Origin: Candidatus Auribacterota bacterium
Lineage (GTDB): Bacteria; Auribacterota; Ancaeobacteria; Ancaeobacterales; Ancaeobacteraceae
Direction: 5' to 3'
Length of the DNA: 64,000 bases
Assembly (NCBI GenBank): GCA_022711655.1
Contig: JAKLEM010000002.1
Coordinates: forward strand, 1,098-65,097
Of this stretch, positions 26,723-34,095 are shown piece by piece. Below the pieces are notes generated by a model that was given only the letters and a program-made list of their open reading frames with translations, was not told where the DNA came from and ran no database searches. The position numbers were made by a program, and so were the translations under genes. Each line of letters starts with the position of its first letter. The stretch's first letter is position 1.

Positions 26723-27226
26723 CTACCCCTGTTTCCGGTAATTATTCAATATCTCCGTCACCTTCTTCGGCGTCAGCGTCCCGTAGATCTTGTCGTTGAT
26801 CATCATCACCGGCGCGATCCCGCACGCGCCGAGACACCGGGCCTCCTGCAGGGTGAAGAGCTTGTCGGGCGTGGTCTCGCCGACCTTGATCTTGAGCTCG
26901 TCCTTGATCTTCGACATGATCTCGTCGGCACCTTTGACGTAACAGGCGGTGCCGAGGCAGACCGATATCACGTACTTCCCCTTGGGCGTCAGGCAGAAAT
27001 AATGGTAGAAGGTCGCAACGCCCCAGATGTGCGCCGTGGGGATCTTCATCGTCACCGCGACCTCGTCCATCGCCTCGACGCTCAGGTAGCCGTAGAGCTC
27101 CTGCGCCTTGTGGAGGATCGCGATCAGCGACGCCTCGTCGTTGTACTGCGTCTTCTTCTGCTCGGCCATGAACTTCCTGAGCTCGGCCATCTTCGGATCA
27201 GCTGTCTTTACGACTGTGTCAGCCAT
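26723..27226 (-). CDS. NuoE-like [2Fe-2S] subunit of the NAD(P)-linked [FeFe]-hydrogenase (HydC/HndA)
   Basis: CLGTACYVKG and CLGACGIAPV thioredoxin-like ferredoxin motifs. Confidence 0.85.
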   Translation of the reverse strand: MADTVVKTADPKMAELRKFMAEQKKTQYNDEASLIAILHKAQELYGYLSVEAMDEVAVTMKIPTAHIWGVATFYHYFCLTPKGKYVISVCLGTACYVKGADEIMSKIKDELKIKVGETTPDKLFTLQEARCLGACGIAPVMMINDKIYGTLTPKKVTEILNNYRKQG

Positions 27227-27238
27227 GACGTGTCTCCT

Positions 27239-29041
27239 CTATTTATTCGCCGGTTCGGCTGGTTTCTGCTGTTTCAGGCTCTCCGGTATGATCCCCACCG
27301 GGAAGTGCTGCTTGTAGTGGGTATGGAGCAGCTTGTGCGAGGCCGGGCTCCCGGGCCTGCCAAGGAACTCCTTGTAGAGCCGCTGGATGTCCGGGTTCTC
27401 GTGGCTGCGCCGGATCGTCTTGTTCCGGTCGAGCGTATAGAGCGCCTCGGCCCGCTTCATCAAACACTCCTCGTCCAGCGGGATCGAGTTGCTGTTCGCG
27501 TACGGCTGGCCGCCGCCGCCGACGCACCCGCCGGGACAACCCATGATCTCGATGAAGTGATACCGGTTCGGGTCCTTGCGGGCGATGTCGAGCAGCTCGG
27601 CCGCGTTGCCGAGGCCGTGGGCGACCGCCACGCGGATCTCCTTGCCGTCCATGACGACCTTCCCTTCCTTGATCCCCTGCAGGCCTCTCACCGCGCCGAT
27701 CTCGATGTCGAGGAGCGTCTCGCCGGTCGCCAGCTCGTAGGCGGTCCTGATCGCAGCCTCCATCACGCCGCCGGTCGTCCCGAAGATCGTCCCCGCGCCC
27801 GACGACAGGCCGAGCGGATGGTCGAACTCCTCTCCCTTGATCGCGAGGAAGTCGATCCCCGCAGACTTGATCATCCAGGCAAGCTCGCGCGTGGTGATCA
27901 CCAGGTCGGTGGCGCGCATCCCGTTCACCTCGAGCTCGGGCCGTGCGGCCTCGTACTTCTTCGCGGTGCAGCACATGAAGGCGACGCTCAGGATCTCCTT
28001 CGGGTCGCGCTTGATCTTGTCCGCGAAGTAGGTCTTCACCATCGCGCTCTGCATCGACATCGGCGACTTGCAGGTCGAGATATGGTCGATCAGGTCCGGA
28101 TGGTACTGCTCGAGGCACTTCATCCAGGCCGACGAGCACGACGTGATCATCGGCAGCTTCCCCTTCCCCTGCAGCCGCTCGAGGAACTCGTTCGCCTCCT
28201 CCATGATCGTGAGGTCGGCCGAGAACTGCGTGTCGAACACGTAGTCGAACCCGAGGCGGCGGATCGCCGCGGCGAGCTGTTTCTCCATGGTGCGGCCCGG
28301 CTCGATGTTGAACGCCTCGCCGATCGCCGCGCGCACCGACGGGGCGCACTGCGCGACCTTGAGGATCGACTTGTCGTTGAGCTTCTTGAACAGCTCCTGC
28401 GTGTAGTCCTTCTCGAGGAACGCCGCGGTCGGGCAGACGTTGATGCACTGGCCGCACGCGGTGCAGCTGCTGTCCCTGAACGGCATGTTGTAGGCAGGCA
28501 TTACGACCGTCTTGAAACCGCGGTGCGCGTAGCCGAGCACCGACGTCTTCTGGATCTCAGAGCACATACGGACGCAGCGGCCGCAGAGGATGCACTTGTT
28601 CGGGTCCCTGATCACGGCGACGCCCGACACGTCCTTCTCGTAATGCTTCATCTCGCCCTCGAAATGGCGCTTGCGGATCCCCATCGAGTAGGCGAGGCGC
28701 TGGAGCTCGCAGTTGCTGTCGCGCTCGCAGGTGTGGCAGTCCATCGGGTGGTTGTCGAGGATCAGCTCGACGATGTCGCGCCGCGCGCTCCGGAGCTCGG
28801 GCGTGTTGGTCCTGATCTTCATCCCGTCCGCGACGGGGTAGGCGCAGGAGGCGATAAAGTTGCGCGCCCCTTCCAGCTCGACGATGCAGACGCGGCACGC
28901 CCCCTCGATCGAGAGCTTGGGATGGTAGCAGAGCCGCGGGATGCGGAACCCGACCTTGTCTGCCGCCTGCATGACCGTCTGCCCGGCCGCGACCTGGTAG
29001 GGCTTGTCGTCTATGTATATCGTTATCATCTTCTTATCCAT
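27239..29041 (-). CDS. hydA: [FeFe]-hydrogenase catalytic subunit (HydA/HndD, CpI-like M3 architecture) with atypical H-cluster motifs
   Basis: N-terminal plant-type 2Fe-2S, a His-ligated cluster region (HPMDCHTCERDSNCELQ) and 2x CxxCxxCxxxCP. H-domain motifs are TSCSSAW (28124..28144), FMCCTAKKYE (27950..27979) and EIMGCPGGCVGGGGQP. Confidence 0.9.
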   Translation of the reverse strand: MDKKMITIYIDDKPYQVAAGQTVMQAADKVGFRIPRLCYHPKLSIEGACRVCIVELEGARNFIASCAYPVADGMKIRTNTPELRSARRDIVELILDNHPMDCHTCERDSNCELQRLAYSMGIRKRHFEGEMKHYEKDVSGVAVIRDPNKCILCGRCVRMCSEIQKTSVLGYAHRGFKTVVMPAYNMPFRDSSCTACGQCINVCPTAAFLEKDYTQELFKKLNDKSILKVAQCAPSVRAAIGEAFNIEPGRTMEKQLAAAIRRLGFDYVFDTQFSADLTIMEEANEFLERLQGKGKLPMITSCSSAWMKCLEQYHPDLIDHISTCKSPMSMQSAMVKTYFADKIKRDPKEILSVAFMCCTAKKYEAARPELEVNGMRATDLVITTRELAWMIKSAGIDFLAIKGEEFDHPLGLSSGAGTIFGTTGGVMEAAIRTAYELATGETLLDIEIGAVRGLQGIKEGKVVMDGKEIRVAVAHGLGNAAELLDIARKDPNRYHFIEIMGCPGGCVGGGGQPYANSNSIPLDEECLMKRAEALYTLDRNKTIRRSHENPDIQRLYKEFLGRPGSPASHKLLHTHYKQHFPVGIIPESLKQQKPAEPANK

Positions 29042-29094
29042 GACATCTCCTTTTTCGCGCCGCCCGGCGGGACCTCCCGCCGGCCGCGGCGGCG

Positions 29095-30888
29095 TTATTT
29101 CTTCGTGATCGCCGAGAATTTACAGGTCTTGAAGCACATGCCGCACTTGATGCATTTCGCCTGGTCGATGACGTGCACCGTCTTGGGCGAGCCCGCGATC
29201 GCCGCCGTCGGGCAGACGCGCTTGCAGGCGCCGCAGCCGACGCACTTGGCGTTGATCTCGTAGGTCACGAGCCCCTCGCAGACGCCCGCGCGGCATTTCT
29301 TCGCGGCGATATGTTCTTCGTACTCGACCCGGAAGTTCTTGATGGTGCTCAGCACCGGGTTCGGCGCCGACTGCCCGAGGCCGCACAGCGACGACTTCTT
29401 GATCATGTTGCCGAGCCGCTCGAGCTTCTCGATGTCGCCGTCGACGCCTTTCCCCTCGGTGATGCGGGTAAGGATCTCGAGCATCCGCTTGGTCCCCTCG
29501 CGGCAGGGCGTGCACTTGCCGCACGACTCGTCCTGCGTGAACTGGAGGAAGAACTTCGCCATGTTGACCATGCAGGAATCCTCGTCGATCACGATCATCC
29601 CGCCCGAGCCCATGATCGAACCGGCCGCGGCCAGCGAGTCGTAATCGATCTGCGTGTCGAGATACTTCTCGGGGAGACAGCCGCCCGACGGGCCGCCGGT
29701 CTGGACCGCCTTGAACTTCTTGTCGTTGGGTATGCCGCCGCCGATATCGTAGATGATCTGGCGGAGCGTCGTCCCCATCGGGACCTCGACCAGCCCCGTG
29801 TTCTTGATCTTGCCGGCAAGCGCGAAGACTTTGGTCCCCTTGCTCTTCTCGGTTCCGATCGAGCTGAACCAGTCGGCGCCGTCAAGGATGATCACCGGGA
29901 TATTCGCCCAGGTCTCGACGTTGTTGATCACCGTCGGCTTGCCGAAGAGCCCCGACTGCGCCGGGAACGGCGGACGGGGGCGCGGCATGCCGCGCGAGCC
30001 CTCGATCGAGTGGATCAGCGCCGTCTCCTCGCCGCAGACGAACGCGCCCGCGCCGAGCCGGATCTCGATGTCGAACGAGAAGCCGGACCCGAGGATGTTG
30101 TCGCCGAGGAACCCTTCCCGCTTCGCGTCGGCGAGCGCCTTCTCGAGGCGCTTCACCGCGAGCGGGTATTCCGCCCTGATATAGACAAAGCCTTCTTTCG
30201 CGCCGATCGCGTAGGCGCCGATGATCATCCCCTCGATCACCGTGTGCGGGTCGCCCTCGATCATGCTGCGGTCCATAAACGCGCCCGGGTCTCCTTCGTC
30301 GGCGTTGCAGATCAGGTACTTCACCGGATCCTTCTCGCGCGCGGTAAACTCCCACTTCAGGCCGGTCGGGAACCCCGCGCCGCCGCGGCCGCGCAGCCCC
30401 GCCTTTTTCACCTCTGCGGCGACCTCCGCCGGCTTCATGCTCGTGAGGACCTTCGCCAGCGCCTCGTACCCGCGGAGCGCGAGATACTCGTCGACGTTCT
30501 CCGGGTCCATGATGCCGCAGTTGCGCAGCGCGATACGCATCTGCTTGCCGAAAAAGTTGACGTCGCCGAACACCCGGTAGAACCGGTTGTAGAGGTGGTC
30601 CTCTTCGATCAGCAGCCGCGCCACCGGCTTCTTCTTCAGAAGATGTTTCTCGACGATCTCGGGGATATCCTTCTCGGTAACGTTACCGTAGATGACGTAC
30701 CCGGGGTTGACGATCATGATCAGCCCCTTGGCGCACATCCCGAGACAGCCGGAGGTAATGACACGGACCTTGTCTGCCAGCCCGGCCTTCTCCAGCTCGA
30801 CCTTGATGACATCCTTCACCTGCTTGGACCGCTTCTGCATGCACGACGGCCCGTCGCACAATGTAATGACATATTTCGATACCGGCAT
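29095..30888 (-). CDS. NuoF-like flavoprotein subunit of the hydrogenase (HydB/HndC)
   Basis: Trimmed to ATG 30888 (AAGGAAAGGGTGG RBS). The upstream residues HWSLVI come from the CCAATG repeat. N-terminal Trx-like 2Fe-2S, GRGGAGFPTGLKW, SCGKCTPCREG, and two C-terminal ferredoxin-type Cys motifs. Confidence 0.9.
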   Translation of the reverse strand: MPVSKYVITLCDGPSCMQKRSKQVKDVIKVELEKAGLADKVRVITSGCLGMCAKGLIMIVNPGYVIYGNVTEKDIPEIVEKHLLKKKPVARLLIEEDHLYNRFYRVFGDVNFFGKQMRIALRNCGIMDPENVDEYLALRGYEALAKVLTSMKPAEVAAEVKKAGLRGRGGAGFPTGLKWEFTAREKDPVKYLICNADEGDPGAFMDRSMIEGDPHTVIEGMIIGAYAIGAKEGFVYIRAEYPLAVKRLEKALADAKREGFLGDNILGSGFSFDIEIRLGAGAFVCGEETALIHSIEGSRGMPRPRPPFPAQSGLFGKPTVINNVETWANIPVIILDGADWFSSIGTEKSKGTKVFALAGKIKNTGLVEVPMGTTLRQIIYDIGGGIPNDKKFKAVQTGGPSGGCLPEKYLDTQIDYDSLAAAGSIMGSGGMIVIDEDSCMVNMAKFFLQFTQDESCGKCTPCREGTKRMLEILTRITEGKGVDGDIEKLERLGNMIKKSSLCGLGQSAPNPVLSTIKNFRVEYEEHIAAKKCRAGVCEGLVTYEINAKCVGCGACKRVCPTAAIAGSPKTVHVIDQAKCIKCGMCFKTCKFSAITKK

Positions 30889-30912
30889 ATTCCACCCTTT
30901 CCTTGAAAAACT

Positions 30913-31008
30913 AATGACCAATGACCAATGTTCCAATGACCGCAAAAACGTCTATGATACACACCGTGTTGGGATCTGGTTCATTGGACATTGGTCATTC
31001 TCCAATGA
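30913..31008. repeat. CCAATG/CATTGG heptad palindromic repeat, copy B (hndB-hydB intergenic)
   Basis: Left arm AATGACCAATGACCAATGTTCCAATGACC (30913..30941). Right arm GGTTCATTGGACATTGGTCATT (30978..30999), plus one extra CCAATG unit. Confidence 0.8.
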
Positions 31009-31042
31009 AACTCCCGTCCTGAAACCCTGTTATCATGAAGCA

Positions 31043-31399
31043 CTAATTGATCACCCATTCCTTGATCACCTCTCCGTTCTTCAGATGGCGCTCGATGATC
31101 TTCGCGGCCATCTCCGGCGTGACCTTCCCGTACTTCACGGGGATCTTGCCCTCCTCGACGACCTCGACGGTCGGCTCGAGGTTGCAGCGCCCCGCGCACC
31201 CCTTCTGGCTGAGATAGACGTCGGTCAACCCCTGCTTCGCCGCGTTCTGGAAGACCTCCATCACCTCTTTGGAACCCGCCGCGATCTCGCAGGTCGCCAT
31301 GCCGACGTAGACCCGCTTCGTCGACAGGTACCCCTTGCCAACGATCCGGTTGATCGCCTCGGCTCGTTTCTTTTTGACGATGTCTAACGGTGTAACCAC
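31043..31399 (-). CDS. Small thioredoxin-like [2Fe-2S] ferredoxin (HndB-like)
   Basis: GTG start. ..GMATCEIAAGSKEV.. and ..QKGCAGRCNLEPTVEVV.. motifs. Confidence 0.75.
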   Translation of the reverse strand: MVTPLDIVKKKRAEAINRIVGKGYLSTKRVYVGMATCEIAAGSKEVMEVFQNAAKQGLTDVYLSQKGCAGRCNLEPTVEVVEEGKIPVKYGKVTPEMAAKIIERHLKNGEVIKEWVIN

Positions 31400-31416
31400 A
31401 TGCCCCCCTTTTTCCC

Positions 31417-31440
31417 GAAACGGCGGTTATCCGCCGTTTC
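31417..31440 (-). other. Perfect 10-bp stem-loop between the kinase stop and the hndB start
   Basis: GAAACGGCGG-AUAA-CCGCCGUUUC with no U tract. The hndB RBS (AAAAAGGGGGG) follows directly. Confidence 0.5.
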
Positions 31441-31447
31441 GCATTAG

Positions 31448-33298
31448 TTAAACGTACGTTTCCCCTTGCGGGATTTCAAAAATAAACGCGTTTCCTTTTT
31501 CGCGCGGCTCGACCCGTATCGCGCCGCCGTGTTTCTCGACGACCTCCTTGGTAATAAAGAGACCCAGCCCCGTCCCATGGACCTTTTCGCCTTTCGGCTG
31601 CAGCCGCGAGAACTTCCTGAAAAGCTTCTCCTTGTCTTCAGCCGTAATGACCCGCCCGTCGTTGTACACCTCGACCCGGACCTTCGACCGATCGATCGAG
31701 GCGTTCACCGCGATCCTGCCGCCGGCCGCCCCGTACTTCACCGCGTTGCCGAGGAGGTTGTTGAGGACGATCTGCATCAGTCCGACGTCCCCCTTGCAGA
31801 CGATGCCCGGCGGAACCCCGTTCTCGACCGTCATCTCCTTTTCGCTCGCCTGCTTGGCGAATGCGTCGACGGAGAGGTCGACGATGTCCTCTTTCAGGCG
31901 GAACTCCGCGCGCTTGAGGGTCATCTCGCCCTTCTCCATCCTGCTCAGGTTGAGAAAATTCTTCACCGTCGAGTCGAAATAGTCGAGGTTGCGCGCGATC
32001 GAATCGAGCGCCTTGCGCTGCTTGAAGTTGATCATCCCGAGGTAGCCGTCACGCACCGAGTAGGCGTTGAGGATCGTCGAGGCGAGGATCCCCTTGAGCT
32101 CGTGCGCGACGAACCCGACGAGGTCGAGGTAGGCCGTGTTGAGCGCGGCCAGCTTCTCGTTGGTCTCGTGAAGGCTCGCCTCCCGATGCATCAGCTTTTC
32201 GGCCATCTCGTTGAATGAGGCGGCCAGCTCGTTGAGCTCGCTGATCGACGAATCGGTCGCCATCTTCTGCGTGAGGTCCCCGGCCGACATCACCCGGGTC
32301 GCCCCCAGCATCGCCTTCACCGGACCGGTCACACGCCCCGCGAGGAGATAGGCGATGAACGAGGCGGCGATCACTGCGGCTGCCACGATCGCGAACAGCA
32401 CCCACAGGATGTTCCGCTTAAGGTCGACGAACGGCTTCTCGAGCCTTCCGACATACAGTATCCCTATGATCTTCCCCTCGATATCCCTGATCGGTTCGTA
32501 CGCCGTCAGGTACCAGTCTGTCACGACGAACGCCCGGTCGACCCAGCTCTTCCCTTCGGCCACCACCTTCTTGTAGACCGTATCGGAGACGCGCGTGCCC
32601 ACCGCGCGGTTCCCTTCGCTGTCGAGGACGTTGGTCGCGATGCGGACGTCGTCGAGGAATATCGTGACCGTGCCGATCGGCTTGTTCGCGTACATCCTGT
32701 TCTCGAAAACAAGGTTGTGGATCCGGTCGATCAGCTCGAAATCCCGGTTCAGGATCCGGCCCCCGTACAGCGCCGCGGCGACCTTGCCGTCCTGCCCCGT
32801 CAACGGCGCCGCATACTCGATCGCGAGGGCGCTGTCAACCGTCGTACGGCCGGTCGGCCCGGCTTTGGGCGTTTGCCGCACGTTGATCAGGCACCTGTCC
32901 CTGACCTCAGGCCCCATATTCGCCAGCTCCTCCGGCCCGACGATGCGCGTCCCTCCGGCGGCGCGCCCCGCCAGCGCCTCGCGGGCGATATCGCTCTTCA
33001 GCGCGCCGGCGCCGGCAACGTCGACGACATAGAGATAATCGAGGCCGATCTTTTTCCTGAGCTCGTCGATGCGGCGCGGGTCGACGGTGAGGAGGCCGAA
33101 CGCCTTCCGTATCGTCGCGATCTCGCCGTCATACAGGATCCGGGCGACCTTGAGGTTGTTCTTCACCTCTTCCTGCGCGCGGTCGATGATGTTCTTGTTC
33201 ACCACATGGATACGGTGGATGGCGATGATCACGCCCAAAAGGGCGATCACCACGAAGAACGACAGCAGGAGCTGCGTCTGGAGCGACCGGGCCTTCAT
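31448..33298 (-). CDS. Sensor histidine kinase (two TM helices, ~270-aa periplasmic sensor, HAMP, HisKA, HATPase)
   Basis: H-box VAHELKGILAS. N/G boxes LLGNAVKYG and GTGLGLFITKEVVEKHGG. ATGA overlap with the rex stop. Confidence 0.85.
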   Translation of the reverse strand: MKARSLQTQLLLSFFVVIALLGVIIAIHRIHVVNKNIIDRAQEEVKNNLKVARILYDGEIATIRKAFGLLTVDPRRIDELRKKIGLDYLYVVDVAGAGALKSDIAREALAGRAAGGTRIVGPEELANMGPEVRDRCLINVRQTPKAGPTGRTTVDSALAIEYAAPLTGQDGKVAAALYGGRILNRDFELIDRIHNLVFENRMYANKPIGTVTIFLDDVRIATNVLDSEGNRAVGTRVSDTVYKKVVAEGKSWVDRAFVVTDWYLTAYEPIRDIEGKIIGILYVGRLEKPFVDLKRNILWVLFAIVAAAVIAASFIAYLLAGRVTGPVKAMLGATRVMSAGDLTQKMATDSSISELNELAASFNEMAEKLMHREASLHETNEKLAALNTAYLDLVGFVAHELKGILASTILNAYSVRDGYLGMINFKQRKALDSIARNLDYFDSTVKNFLNLSRMEKGEMTLKRAEFRLKEDIVDLSVDAFAKQASEKEMTVENGVPPGIVCKGDVGLMQIVLNNLLGNAVKYGAAGGRIAVNASIDRSKVRVEVYNDGRVITAEDKEKLFRKFSRLQPKGEKVHGTGLGLFITKEVVEKHGGAIRVEPREKGNAFIFEIPQGETYV

Positions 33299-33930
33299 GG
33301 CTTCCTCCCCGTCTTCTGCATCGCGTTCACATAATAGATGACGTTCTCGAGCTCGTATTCGACGTTGATGTTATTGATGATGCAGTCCTCCGCACCCTTG
33401 AGCCTGATCGGCGCGAAATTCAAGACACCCTTGATCCCGGCGGAGAGCATCATGTCGTGCACCTGCTGCGCCGCGATATCAGGGACGGCGATGATGCCGG
33501 TCTTGATGCCGTTGGCCTTGACGTATTCCTTCAGCTCTTCGAGCGGCAGGACCGGCGGCGCCGCGGCGCGGTTGACCTTCGCCGGGTCGATATCGAAGCC
33601 AGCGGCGATCCTGATCCCCTCTTTTTCGAACCCCTTGTAGCGGAGCAGGGCCGAGGCGATATGGCCGCAGCCGACGATCACCACCTTGTGGACCTCGTCT
33701 TTGCCGAGGATGCTATTGAGCTTTTCCAGGAGCTGGTCGATCTGGTAGCCCCCTTTTTTATTGCCGGATATCCCGAACAGCGAGAAATCCTTGCGGACCT
33801 GCGCGGGGGTCACCCCGACGGCGTCGCCGAGATTGTCCGAAAAGACCTTCACGAACCCCAGCGACCTGAACCTGTTCAGCGCGTTGCGGTACCGCGAAAG
33901 CCGTATGATGCACTGCTTATTGATATTCAT
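33295..33930 (-). CDS. rex: Redox-sensing transcriptional repressor Rex
   Basis: IIRLSRYRNALNRFRSLGFVKVFSDNLG..VRKDFSLFG.. wHTH plus a Rossmann motif VVIVGCGHIASALL. Confidence 0.9.
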   Translation of the reverse strand: MNINKQCIIRLSRYRNALNRFRSLGFVKVFSDNLGDAVGVTPAQVRKDFSLFGISGNKKGGYQIDQLLEKLNSILGKDEVHKVVIVGCGHIASALLRYKGFEKEGIRIAAGFDIDPAKVNRAAAPPVLPLEELKEYVKANGIKTGIIAVPDIAAQQVHDMMLSAGIKGVLNFAPIRLKGAEDCIINNINVEYELENVIYYVNAMQKTGRKP

Positions 33931-33960
33931 TATGCACCTTTTATCACAATAACTGCCTCT

Positions 33961-33988
33961 ATTATAGGACTATTGGCGCCCTTGTCAA
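33961..33988 (-). promoter_or_regulatory. sigma70-type promoter of the rex-hydrogenase operon
   Basis: Minus strand TTGACA (33988..33983), 16-nt spacer, TATAAT (33966..33961). Confidence 0.6.
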
Positions 33989-33995
33989 TGGCTTT

Positions 33996-34013
33996 TTGTG
34001 ATTTATTTCACAT
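33996..34013. promoter_or_regulatory. Rex operator (ROP) candidate
   Basis: TTGTGATTTATTTCACAT against the consensus TTGTGAAnnnnTTCACAA: 12 of 14 specified positions match. It lies 7 nt upstream of the -35 and immediately downstream of a second TATAAT on the minus strand. Confidence 0.7.
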
Positions 34014-34095
34014 TATAAATCCTGTGCATCGATTTTGCTAAATTGGTACTATGTGCCTCGGCATCAACAACAAAAAGAGATCCGCCTGAGCTGAT

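Noticed and set aside
26696-29263. Very long + strand ORF (855 aa) antisense to hydC/hydA. Similar long shadow ORFs lie at 22341..24155, 44128..46104, 13625..15781, 12420..13697, 41112..42377, 51045..52163, 54504..56030, 57831..59492, 61054..62766, 62720..63898, 29173..30906 and 4114..5262.
   Set aside because: These are typical GC-rich antisense shadow ORFs. Their translations are Arg/Asp/His/Pro/Gly-rich with no recognisable motifs. Each fully overlaps an opposite-strand gene with strong family signatures.
25199-31008. CCAATG/CATTGG repeats considered as a CRISPR array or as tandem transcription-factor sites
   Set aside because: The units are 6-7 nt and arranged as inverted arms around one spacer. 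They are not 25-40-nt direct repeats with unique spacers, and no cas genes are present. A protein-binding role cannot be excluded, so they are reported as a repeat family instead.
33931-33960. Second Rex site TTGTGATAAAAGGTGCATAA (minus strand) just upstream of the rex start codon
   Set aside because: Only the TTGTGA half matches, and the second half (TGCATAA) is poor. It is kept only as a half-site note.
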